Origin: a virus
Direction: 5' to 3' (one strand)
Virus record (IMG/VR): IMGVR_UViG_3300028364_000026
Span: 24,630-88,629 of that record
Length of the DNA: 64,000 nucleotides
This document shows, piece by piece, positions 45,827-55,204 of the stretch; the stretch's first letter is position 1, and every line of letters starts with the position of its first letter. The notes beneath the pieces are model-generated. The model had not been told where the DNA came from. It was given only the letters and a program-made list of their open reading frames with translations, and searched no databases. A program made the position numbers and the translations under genes.

Positions 45827-47614
45827 ACATCTATTATTGAAGGTCTTGCCCAACTTATTTATGATGGTAATGCTCCTAGAGTACTACTTAATAAGAAAAT
45901 TTACAGTTTAGAATTAGCTAATGTTGTCGCTGGTACTAAATATCGTGGTGAATTTGAAGAAAGAATGAAAGCTATATTAGAAGAAACAAGAGCCAATAAA
46001 GATATTATTTTATTTATAGATGAATTGCATACTATCGTTGGTGCTGGTAACTCATCTGGTGCTTTGGATGCTTCAAACATTTTTAAACCAGCTTTAGCTA
46101 GGGGTGAAATTCAAATTATTGGTGCAACCACTCTAGATGAATATAGAGAAAATATAGAAAAAGATGGTGCTCTTACAAGACGTTTTCAACAAGTATTAGT
46201 TGAAGAACCCTCACTTGCTGAAACAAAAATAATTTTGATGAATATAAAGTCAAAATACGAAGAACACCATAAGGTTATTTATACAGAGGAAGCTATTGAT
46301 GAATGTGTTAAATTAGCTGATAGATATATTATGGAAAGAAGTATGCCAGACAAAGCTATCGATGTTATGGATAGAGCTGGTGCTAATACAAACATCGGTA
46401 ACGATAAACCAGAAATAGTCAAAACACTCGAAGAAAGTAAAAAATTATTAAACATTAAGAAAAAAGAGGTCATTCAAAAACAAAAGTTTGAAGAAGCGGC
46501 AAGACTTAGAGATGAAGAACGTAATTTAAACGACCAACTACAAAAAGAAACGGCCATTTGGGAGGAGACTTCAAATAATAATATAACCGAAATTAGTGTT
46601 GATTTAATTTCAGAAGTGGTTTCTTTAATGACTGGTATCCCATTAACTAAAATTTCAACTCAAGAAACTAAAAAGTTGATGGATATGAACCAAAATCTTA
46701 CTGGTAAAGTTATTGGTCAAGATGTTGCGGTTACCAAAGCGGTTAAAGCAATAAAACGCTCTCGTATTGGGATTAAAGATAAAAACAAACCAGTTTCTCT
46801 TATGTTTTTGGGTCAAACTGGTGTAGGTAAAACCCTGTTAGCTAAGTTGTTAGCAGAACAAGTATACGGTGATTCTGATTCATTAATTAGATTAGATATG
46901 TCAGAATATATGGAACCTAATTCTGTTAATAAAATGATTGGTTCACCCCCAGGCTACGTAGGCTATGGTGAAGGTGGTCAACTAACCGAAAAAGTACGTA
47001 GAAAACCGCACTGTGTTATCTTATTTGACGAAATCGAAAAAGCCCATGATGACGTGTTTAATGCTCTATTACAATTATTGGACGAAGGTCAATTAACCGA
47101 TAGTATTGGGCGTAAAGTTAATTTTAAAAATTCGTTAATTATTTTAACTTCAAATGTTGGTGTTAAAGAATTACACAATGCTGGTAAATCGTTGGGTTTT
47201 GGAACCGAAGTATCAGTATCAAATAACGAATTAAGAACCAAATCAATTATTGACAAAGCACTTAAGAAAAAGTTTAAACCAGAATTCCTTAACAGAATCG
47301 ATGAGTCAATAATCTTTAATAATTTAACTATGGATGACATAGAAAAAATTGTTCATTTAGAAATAGCTAAATTAGAAAAAAGGATTAATGAAATGAATTA
47401 TAAACTTTTGATTGATGATGCTTCAGTTAAGTTTCTGGCAAAAGAAGGTTATGATGAAGCTTATGGTGCCAGACCATTGTCAAGAGCGATTCAAAGACAT
47501 GTAGAAGATTCAATTGCCGATGAAATATTAAGTGAACACATAAAAGAAGGTGAAACAATCTCGATAACTTTTGATGAATCATTAGGGAAACTAGAGTTTA
47601 CCATAATAAAATAA
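45452..47614 (+). CDS. clpC: Split-intein C fragment fused to ClpC C-terminal part (rest of NBD1, UVR, NBD2)
   Basis: TSIIEGLA, LFIDELH, GATT, FEEAARLRD, GQTGVGKT, LFDEIEKAH, LGF loop, YGARPL. Confidence 0.92.
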   Translation: MNELKKITKSVDMSGFSVLTDNGFQKLEKLHETIPYDVYQLKLSDGKGLKCADNHIVFTVNGDEIFVKNLKVGDSIITQYDELGQAKESEVTELTNLGYEEIMYDFELTEGSNRRYYTNGILSHNTSIIEGLAQLIYDGNAPRVLLNKKIYSLELANVVAGTKYRGEFEERMKAILEETRANKDIILFIDELHTIVGAGNSSGALDASNIFKPALARGEIQIIGATTLDEYRENIEKDGALTRRFQQVLVEEPSLAETKIILMNIKSKYEEHHKVIYTEEAIDECVKLADRYIMERSMPDKAIDVMDRAGANTNIGNDKPEIVKTLEESKKLLNIKKKEVIQKQKFEEAARLRDEERNLNDQLQKETAIWEETSNNNITEISVDLISEVVSLMTGIPLTKISTQETKKLMDMNQNLTGKVIGQDVAVTKAVKAIKRSRIGIKDKNKPVSLMFLGQTGVGKTLLAKLLAEQVYGDSDSLIRLDMSEYMEPNSVNKMIGSPPGYVGYGEGGQLTEKVRRKPHCVILFDEIEKAHDDVFNALLQLLDEGQLTDSIGRKVNFKNSLIILTSNVGVKELHNAGKSLGFGTEVSVSNNELRTKSIIDKALKKKFKPEFLNRIDESIIFNNLTMDDIEKIVHLEIAKLEKRINEMNYKLLIDDASVKFLAKEGYDEAYGARPLSRAIQRHVEDSIADEILSEHIKEGETISITFDESLGKLEFTIIK

Positions 47615-47620
47615 AAATTA

Positions 47621-47645
47621 AAACCCACAATTTGTGGGTTTTTTT
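47621..47645 (+). terminator. Intrinsic terminator
   Basis: AAACCCACA-ATT-TGTGGGTTTTTTT. Confidence 0.8.
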
Positions 47646-47659
47646 ATATATTTATATTT

Positions 47660-48625
47660 ATGAATATAATTGAGAAAGTTTTAAGTGATAAATATGGTGA
47701 CTACTTGTCAGCTTTAGATATATACGAAAACAAGGCTAGTTTAAAATTAAGTAACATTATTGTAAAAATTGAATATAGAAATCAAGGGATTGGTAGTAAA
47801 ATCATAGAAGAATTAATCGCTTATGCTGATACCAACAAACAAATAGTTGTATTAACACCATCTTCTGACTACGGTAGTAATAAAAACAGATTAATTCAAT
47901 ATTATAAAAATTTTGGTTTTAAAAAAAATGCTGGTCAATATAAAAATTTTGAATTTAAAGAGGATATGATTCGATACCCAAGAGCTATTAGAGAATCTGT
48001 ATCCTTAATTAAAGAATTACTTAGAGAGGGGTTATTGACTGAAATGGCCACTGGTAAACACTTAATTGTTGTTGATGTACAACCAGAATATGAAAATGCT
48101 TTCGGAAATATGTCTGGTAAACTTTTTGATTACATTAATAAAAACCATAAATCTTTTAGTAACTTAACATTCTTTTATAATGGTTATGATAGTCTAGGTA
48201 TGATTCAAGAAGGCGAATATCGTGACTGGCTATTTGAACAAGGGTTAGATGAAAATATAGCGTATGAAGCTACATTATACGATAAAGGTTATGCTTTTTT
48301 TAGAGTTTGTATTGATAATTCTATTGACTATGATTCCATTGTAAATTTAGTGAGAGAAATGCACCAACAAGATATTAACGATTCTAGAGAGTTAGATGAA
48401 GAATTTTGGGATTCATTTATAGAAAAATATGGTGACGAAGAAATCAGAGAATTATTAGAATTTTCAGAAGATTGTTTAAATTTACCAGATTTAATGTCAG
48501 TTCTTGAAAATTTAAACAATATTGTTTTAGTTGGTGGTGGAATAAATGAATGTTTACATGAAGTAGAGATTGCCCTAGATGCACTTGGTAAAAATTATAA
48601 TACGTGGGGAGAATATACATATTAA
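47660..48625 (+). CDS. GNAT acetyltransferase fused to an isochorismatase-like domain
   Basis: YRNQGIGSK...YYKNFGF; linker IKELLREGLLTE; LIVVDVQP...VGGGINEC. Confidence 0.65.
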   Translation: MNIIEKVLSDKYGDYLSALDIYENKASLKLSNIIVKIEYRNQGIGSKIIEELIAYADTNKQIVVLTPSSDYGSNKNRLIQYYKNFGFKKNAGQYKNFEFKEDMIRYPRAIRESVSLIKELLREGLLTEMATGKHLIVVDVQPEYENAFGNMSGKLFDYINKNHKSFSNLTFFYNGYDSLGMIQEGEYRDWLFEQGLDENIAYEATLYDKGYAFFRVCIDNSIDYDSIVNLVREMHQQDINDSRELDEEFWDSFIEKYGDEEIRELLEFSEDCLNLPDLMSVLENLNNIVLVGGGINECLHEVEIALDALGKNYNTWGEYTY

Positions 48626-48626
48626 T

Positions 48627-49166
48627 ATGAAAGATAAAATTAAAAAAATACTTAGGGAAGCTTTAGATAAAAAGATAACTTGTACTAACTGCGGTTGGCA
48701 TTGGAAAGAATCAGAATCTACAAAAAAAGATTTATATATTTGCCACGAATGTGGTAATGATAACGAACCAAAAAAAAAATCTTTAAATGAAAATGTTATG
48801 GAAAATAATAAAACAGATGCCAGAAAAGTTGCTGATTTTGTTAATTTTGTAAAGAAATTTCTAGAGATTGATGATGATATTAAAGTTTCTTTGGCATTTA
48901 CGAGAACCCCAGATTTAACAACCACAGCATATTATGATTATAGTAACGGTGGTTTTATTAAAGTATATGTTAAAAATAGAGCAATCATAGATATTTGCCG
49001 TTCAATTGCACATGAATTAGTTCACCATAAACAATTCCTTGATGGAAGATTGTTGGATTCAGTCTCAGATGGTGCCGATGGTAGCCCAATTGAAAATGAA
49101 GCTAACGCTGTTGCTGGTGAAATAATAAGAAAATGGGGAAAACTAAATACTGAAATATATGTCTAA
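48627..49166 (+). CDS. Zn finger plus HExxH zincin-like metallopeptidase
   Basis: CTNCG..CHECG; IAHELVHHKQ...ENEANA; starts MKDKIKKILRE. Confidence 0.7.
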   Translation: MKDKIKKILREALDKKITCTNCGWHWKESESTKKDLYICHECGNDNEPKKKSLNENVMENNKTDARKVADFVNFVKKFLEIDDDIKVSLAFTRTPDLTTTAYYDYSNGGFIKVYVKNRAIIDICRSIAHELVHHKQFLDGRLLDSVSDGADGSPIENEANAVAGEIIRKWGKLNTEIYV

Positions 49167-50022
49167 TATAAAACAAATTTTAAGGGAGGAATTATTTATC
49201 CATAATAGTAAAACTCAGTTATCCGAGGAATCATTATTTTTGATTAATAATACATATTATATCGAAAATATTCTAGGTATAAAAAAAGGGTTAAATGAAA
49301 ATTATTCATTAGACTTAAGAAAACAAATAATAACCGAACAATTAATTGTTGAAAACTTGTTAGCCTCCATAAATAAATATGTTGGGAACGTTGTTGGTAA
49401 GGGAAAAGAAAAAGCCATGGAGATGGTAGATAGTATATCAAATCTAAAGGATATCGCTAAATTATTTAAAGACCTGTTATTAGACGCAGAACTAATGAGT
49501 AGTGCGATTCAATCTATTAAAAAAACATTATTAGCAACCATTAGTAAAATAAAACAACTTGTTATAAAAATTGTAACTATTGTTAATAATAAAATAGCTG
49601 GTTTTACTGATAAATTTGAACAATTGATGGCACACATTGAAAAAGTGGCAATATCAGTTTCAACTGAAACTGGATGGAAAGGGTTTTTAATGATATTGGG
49701 GTTTTTAACTTTACTATCTTACCTTGAAAAAAACGTTTTTGGAAACATAATAAGCAATGGGTTTAATTTCATTCAACAAAATACAAACATAATTGGCGGT
49801 ATTTCTGGCGTTTTCAATACGTTTAAAGACTTAAAAGAATTAGCTTTGTCAACTTTTGAGATAGGACCTATTTTAGCGTGGTTTAGTGGAGTGGTCGTTT
49901 TAGCGACAAAAGAAATTATTGGGTCAGTATTAGTTGTTGGTCAGTTAATTAACATAATTAGTTTTATTTTAACACCAGTCATTAAATCAGTTGATTGGTC
50001 CAAAAAACTTAGAAAAACTTAA
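49159..50022 (+). CDS. Hypothetical membrane-associated protein with IKQILRE tag
   Basis: Hydrophobic C-terminal segments. Confidence 0.7.
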   Translation: MSNIKQILREELFIHNSKTQLSEESLFLINNTYYIENILGIKKGLNENYSLDLRKQIITEQLIVENLLASINKYVGNVVGKGKEKAMEMVDSISNLKDIAKLFKDLLLDAELMSSAIQSIKKTLLATISKIKQLVIKIVTIVNNKIAGFTDKFEQLMAHIEKVAISVSTETGWKGFLMILGFLTLLSYLEKNVFGNIISNGFNFIQQNTNIIGGISGVFNTFKDLKELALSTFEIGPILAWFSGVVVLATKEIIGSVLVVGQLINIISFILTPVIKSVDWSKKLRKT

Positions 50023-50043
50023 TGTACTTTTATAGAAACAATT

Positions 50044-52842
50044 ATGATAAATAAGATTAAAAAAATTTTAAGGGAAGACATCTTTTCAAATGATAAAATA
50101 TATTATCATGGTGGTGATTTAGAAATCACTGTATTCACATATGATGTAGACAAAAAAAATAGGACCAATAATGTTGCTGGTTTTTATTTCACTGATAGAA
50201 AAGAAAAAGCTCAAAGCTATGGTTCAAAATTAACCCAAGCACATTTGTTGATTAAAAACCCATATATTTTAGGTACAAGTATTCCAAATACAGATATGGC
50301 AATGCAATTTAAAAAAGAATTAGTGATTGCAAATCCACATATAGATAAGTATGATGATTGGTTTGACGAAAAAATTCAATATCTTTTCCAATATAATAAA
50401 TTACCTTTTACTGGTATGGACGGAATGGGTGAACAACGAATTTATTTAGCTGGTGGATTTGATGCTATTAAAGATGGTGATGAAATAGCTGTTTTTAATT
50501 CAAAAGATATTAAAGTAATCCCAAATTTATCCGAAAATATAAAATCAGTAAATAATATATTAGGGGGTCTATTAACTGAAAACAAAATCTATTCTAATAA
50601 AATAGTAGGGATGGTTACAAAAAAAATAAATGATGATTCTGATGACACGGTAAATAAAATAGCCATTGCTGGTTTATTTAGAAATTATTTTGGTGATATT
50701 GAACAAATAAAAACAAAACAACAACTAGATTCGTCTTTTAAAAGTTGGTACGATAATTCAATAAACTCAATGATTAAAACAAATGAGTTTATTGATAATA
50801 AAATAAATGCTAATAAATATTTATCAGCATTTATTAATAATATAAAAACCCTTAATAATAACGCTAAACCCTTTTCAATTAAAAACATTGAAAAGAGTTT
50901 AGTTGATGTAGTTAATAATAATCGTTGGATTGATTTAGAATCAACCCAACAATCAAATGATATTTATAACCCTAAAGATGAAGATATTATATTTGAAAAC
51001 GAAGAGATTGTTATTTTAGACACCAACACCAAAGCAAAATGTGTTATGTATGGAAACAATGAATCGTGGTGTATTAGTAATCCCCAATTGAATTATTATA
51101 ACACTTACAGGTTAACTTACAGGGCAACACCTTATTTCGTATTACAAAAAAATATACGTGGGGAAGAACACAAATTAGTTATTATGAATTATGGTGATAG
51201 TTATGCTATTGCTGATAGGTCTAATTCTGGTGAAAGAAGTGGTGCTGTTAATCAAAAGAAAAGTTGGGGTGAAATAGAAAAAAACTTACCTAATTTAATT
51301 GGGTTAGAAAAGTTTTTTAAATATCGGGAAGTAACTGATGCGGAAAAAACTTATTCCGATGTAGTAGAAGATGTTGGTGGATTTGAAGGTAATGACCTTA
51401 TGAGTTATATTAATCTAAAAATAAATGGGTTAGTAATTAACGGTAGTGAAATAATACCCGAAGACTTTATTAGAGATGTAGCAGCTTCTGGTGTTGAATT
51501 TGGGACCATGCAACTATCTACTCTAACACCATCGGTTATTGACTCATTAATAGAGTCTGGTTATTTCATAAACAAAGATTATCATGTTCTAAGACTTACA
51601 CAAAAACAGACATATAGAATCATTAAATTAAAACTAAATAATGGTCACGTATTAAATAGTTATGATGTAAAAAAATTACCGTTAGACAACCCATTTGTCA
51701 TTCATTATACTTCTAATATACTGATTGATATATTATATTATCAAAACGATAAACATACGGATAATATAGATAAAGTAATCGATTTTATACTTAATGATGA
51801 GCGTTATATTAAACTATTATACAATCGAATATTTTCGGAAATATTTCACTATACTAAAGATAAAGAGTTATTACTAACTAAAATAATAAATAACAATAAA
51901 TTAACTCATTTAATTAATAGTTCTATAATGAGTGCGTTTATTTATAAATCAAGTAACCCAGAAAAAATTATAAATTATTTTTTAACTACCGAACCATTTT
52001 CGAGTGGAATAAATAATTCTGTATTAAGTGATATGGTTGAATACAGTACCAATAAAGATAAGTTAAGTAAAAGTATATTAACAACTGAAAAATATTATAA
52101 ATTAATTTCGGGTAATATTATTCGGGAATTAATATTAGGTGTTGATGACATTAATTTTATAGTAGATACCGTATTAAATAATGATGTTTTATCTTTAAAA
52201 TTAACACCACCCCTTATAAGAACTATACTTAATAAAACTGAAAATAAAGAAACTGTTTTCCGTAGGCTAATGTCTATAACACACGTAAAAGATTTGCTAT
52301 CAGCATCAGAGATTGAAAACTTTAAACTACAACTAACTAAATCTGATTTGAATGAAATTAATTGTAATGGTGGGGTGAGGTGGGGTAAATCATTAGTTAA
52401 GCAACTTTTAAGAGAGACTTTAAGAGAGACTTTAAGAGATAACCTAAAAACCGACAATAAACTTACTTTACCAAAAATCCCAACAAATAAAATATATAAA
52501 AACCCTATTGGAAATATTTCTAATTACTATCGTGTTGTTAATAAAATCGATTTTGATGACCTTTCAGCAATGTCAAAAGAAAAGGTCAATGTAGAGGATA
52601 TCTTTCCAACCCAAATAAATTTAAATATAAATAACCTAAAATCAACCGAAAATATCTCAAGAGAAACTGAAGCGGTTCTATTGGCTGTGGATGGAAAATA
52701 TTATGTGTTAGACGGTCATCACAGAATTGCAAACAGAATATTAAACGGTGATTCTAAAATATTCGCTAGAGTTGTTAAAATTAATAATGAAGTAGAATTA
52801 AGTGAAAATAGTAGAACATCAATAAACTTTCTTTTAAAATAA
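50044..52842 (+). CDS. Polyvalent-type multidomain protein: ART-like, WC domain, helical repeats, ParB-like
   Basis: YYHGG..AGFYFTD; ESWCIS; YYVLDGHHR. Confidence 0.65.
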   Translation: MINKIKKILREDIFSNDKIYYHGGDLEITVFTYDVDKKNRTNNVAGFYFTDRKEKAQSYGSKLTQAHLLIKNPYILGTSIPNTDMAMQFKKELVIANPHIDKYDDWFDEKIQYLFQYNKLPFTGMDGMGEQRIYLAGGFDAIKDGDEIAVFNSKDIKVIPNLSENIKSVNNILGGLLTENKIYSNKIVGMVTKKINDDSDDTVNKIAIAGLFRNYFGDIEQIKTKQQLDSSFKSWYDNSINSMIKTNEFIDNKINANKYLSAFINNIKTLNNNAKPFSIKNIEKSLVDVVNNNRWIDLESTQQSNDIYNPKDEDIIFENEEIVILDTNTKAKCVMYGNNESWCISNPQLNYYNTYRLTYRATPYFVLQKNIRGEEHKLVIMNYGDSYAIADRSNSGERSGAVNQKKSWGEIEKNLPNLIGLEKFFKYREVTDAEKTYSDVVEDVGGFEGNDLMSYINLKINGLVINGSEIIPEDFIRDVAASGVEFGTMQLSTLTPSVIDSLIESGYFINKDYHVLRLTQKQTYRIIKLKLNNGHVLNSYDVKKLPLDNPFVIHYTSNILIDILYYQNDKHTDNIDKVIDFILNDERYIKLLYNRIFSEIFHYTKDKELLLTKIINNNKLTHLINSSIMSAFIYKSSNPEKIINYFLTTEPFSSGINNSVLSDMVEYSTNKDKLSKSILTTEKYYKLISGNIIRELILGVDDINFIVDTVLNNDVLSLKLTPPLIRTILNKTENKETVFRRLMSITHVKDLLSASEIENFKLQLTKSDLNEINCNGGVRWGKSLVKQLLRETLRETLRDNLKTDNKLTLPKIPTNKIYKNPIGNISNYYRVVNKIDFDDLSAMSKEKVNVEDIFPTQINLNINNLKSTENISRETEAVLLAVDGKYYVLDGHHRIANRILNGDSKIFARVVKINNEVELSENSRTSINFLLK

Positions 52843-52899
52843 AATTTAAATAAAAATTTTGTTTATAGTTTTCTTTTAGATTTCGGATTTTTAATAACT

Positions 52900-53250
52900 A
52901 TGAATTTGGCAAAAGTTTCAGACTTATCTAAGAATGAGGATTCTAAAAAAGAGTTGAATAGTATGTTATTAAATTTAAGAAAACCAATAATTAATGGTAA
53001 AACATATTCTGAATTAATCAAAACGGATGAAATTGTTTCTAACCCTAAAATGTTGTCTGCTTTATTTTCTCAAATAAGAGAATTTATTACTTACATTGAA
53101 CCCAGAATAAAACAAATGGTAATAGATGGCGATAAAAAAGCTTCATGGGTTAGTAAAATAGAAAACCTAAAAGAACGCTATAAAAAAAATTGTGAGTTAA
53201 TTTACTCACCAATATATTCATGGGAAAAACATAATCTTTTATTATCGTAA
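52900..53250 (+). CDS. Hypothetical; in-frame continuation of 50044-52842 beyond a single TAA
   Basis: No stop between 52843 and ATG 52900 in the same frame. Confidence 0.55.
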   Translation: MNLAKVSDLSKNEDSKKELNSMLLNLRKPIINGKTYSELIKTDEIVSNPKMLSALFSQIREFITYIEPRIKQMVIDGDKKASWVSKIENLKERYKKNCELIYSPIYSWEKHNLLLS

Positions 53251-53678
53251 AGGTGGTTTTTATAATTAAAACCATCCTTAACATCCTTTCTATGAACTCT
53301 ATTTTTACTTGTGGCTTTCCATAAACTACTTTCATTTCTATAATTACCCATTCTAGGATGAGAAGTCTTCGAATAATATTTATGGCCTTCATCTAAGTGT
53401 ATCTGAGCGATTAAATTTGAAAAGGTAACACCAATACTTAAACCTTGATAATCTGGTAGCACAACCGTTCTATGGCCTCTCCAAGCATTTTTAACCGTAC
53501 CACTAGGCATTGTGATTGTGGAACCGAAAGCAACAACGTTACCTTCCCAAATTCCAACATAACACCTAGATGCTTTATTTATTTTAGAATCTAAATAATG
53601 GTGGTCTTTAAACAGTTCCCAATTATCATATTTTGTGCGGTATACTTCAATTTTGATTGGTGGTCGGACAAAAAAAAA
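53202..53678 (-). CDS. GNAT/Mom-like acetyltransferase domain, -1 frame partner of the ABC ATPase
   Basis: FKDHHYL, HRTVVLPDYQGLSIG, KTSHP; no ATG start. Confidence 0.7.
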   Translation of the reverse strand, partial: FFFVRPPIKIEVYRTKYDNWELFKDHHYLDSKINKASRCYVGIWEGNVVAFGSTITMPSGTVKNAWRGHRTVVLPDYQGLSIGVTFSNLIAQIHLDEGHKYYSKTSHPRMGNYRNESSLWKATSKNRVHRKDVKDGFNYKNHLYDNKRLCFSHEYIGE

Positions 53679-54274
53679 CCATCCAGTAATTCGCCCGTAT
53701 CTGTATCTAGTACCCAATCTGGTTCTAACCATTCTAATATATCTCTATGACAAGTTGATAGGACAACATTTTCTATATTATTTTTTTTTATGAATTTAGA
53801 AATCGATACACTAGCTGCTTTTGCTACATTTCGGTCAACTACGCTAGTAAATTCATCAATTACAGCATTATCCTTTATTTTTCTAGCTAAATCAGCTCTA
53901 AATTTTTCTCCATTTGATAAAACATCATATGGTTTATACCAAGATGGTATAGAATTTAGACCAACACTACCTAATTTGGATATAGCTTCCGATGGTGTCT
54001 CGAAGTGAGAAACAATTGATTTATTTATTTCCCATGTAGGACTTTCCTCGTTTCCGAATTTTTTTAATATTGTAGATTTACCACTACCTGACGAACCAAC
54101 GATTACACCGATGTTAAATTTTTTAGGTATACTTTTAGGTAAGGACCAAGGGTAAAATTTTGAAAACCCATCAAAGATACAATCAAATGCTATTTCACTA
54201 GCTGTAATAAATTCATCTCTATCGACTTTAGAGACTAAAGGTGTTATTTCTTTAGTTAATTTTTCAAACATCAT
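53591..54274 (-). CDS. ABC-type ATPase
   Basis: GSSGSGKST, LSNGEKFRA, IDEFTSVVDR, STCH. Confidence 0.85.
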   Translation of the reverse strand: MMFEKLTKEITPLVSKVDRDEFITASEIAFDCIFDGFSKFYPWSLPKSIPKKFNIGVIVGSSGSGKSTILKKFGNEESPTWEINKSIVSHFETPSEAISKLGSVGLNSIPSWYKPYDVLSNGEKFRADLARKIKDNAVIDEFTSVVDRNVAKAASVSISKFIKKNNIENVVLSTCHRDILEWLEPDWVLDTDTGELLDGFFLSDHQSKLKYTAQNMIIGNCLKTTII

Positions 54275-54370
54275 ATTTTTATAAAACTTTATTATAAATA
54301 TGACTTAAACAAAAAAAAAGTTAGTAATCACTTAAAATCACTAACTTTTATATTATATTTTTTTTTATTA

Positions 54371-54589
54371 TTACTTTTTCCTTTCAGTAAGTAAATTTAA
54401 TTTTCTCTCCAAGGCTTTAATCTTATTCTCCAAAATAGCATTTGATTGTGCTTGTTTTTTGGTGTTTTCGTTTACCCATTGTATTTTTTCTGCAACAATA
54501 ACTTCGTTTACCATTTTATCGATTAGATTAACTAAGTTTCCTTCTTTAATTTTTACTGTCTTCTTTACAACTGAAATTTCTTTTGACAT
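54371..54589 (-). CDS. Small hypothetical protein
   Basis: Late box at 54620-54628. Confidence 0.65.
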   Translation of the reverse strand: MSKEISVVKKTVKIKEGNLVNLIDKMVNEVIVAEKIQWVNENTKKQAQSNAILENKIKALERKLNLLTERKK

Positions 54590-54673
54590 ATTTTTAACTT
54601 TTTATTGTTTCTTATTTATTATAAATATACTGTATATTTAAAAAAAACTAAAATAACATTTTTTTTATTTAAA

Positions 54674-55186
54674 TTAATGACAAAGGCTATCGGCACAACT
54701 ACTACTAGCTGGTGCGTCTGGTTTTATTTTAAATTCGTAACCCATTCCTATCACATAACCAATTGCTTGTTGTAAAGCTTTATTTGACTCATATTTAGGG
54801 TTTGGATTAATATCTGCATGTACCTCTAATTTAATCCCATATAGGTCTAACATAGGACCTAACTCATATGCTACCTCAATTGATTTACCAACCTCATAAA
54901 ACATTCGTTCGTTCACCAAAAGTTTTGCGTTTTCTTGGTAAAAATCATGATAATGTGTTGTTGACATAATCTTACCACCACGACCAACAATAATACCACC
55001 TAAATCTTCAGAACTAATAAGTAAAATAACGGTAGCAAATTTATACTTTAACTTACCACTTTTTTGTGAATCAGTACCAACACAAACTTTAACCGAATAT
55101 CCTTTATCTTTTTCTTGATTAATTAAATTTTCTAAATAATCAACAATTGATTCATTAATTGGTTCTTTTCTTCTTTTCCATTCCAT
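54674..55186 (-). CDS. RNase H-like YkuK (DUF458) family protein
   Basis: VGTDSQ, ERMFYEV..S, EVHADIN, IKPDAPASS.AD. Confidence 0.75.
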   Translation of the reverse strand: MEWKRRKEPINESIVDYLENLINQEKDKGYSVKVCVGTDSQKSGKLKYKFATVILLISSEDLGGIIVGRGGKIMSTTHYHDFYQENAKLLVNERMFYEVGKSIEVAYELGPMLDLYGIKLEVHADINPNPKYESNKALQQAIGYVIGMGYEFKIKPDAPASSSCADSLCH

Positions 55187-55204
55187 AATTTTAATTATTA
55201 ATCA

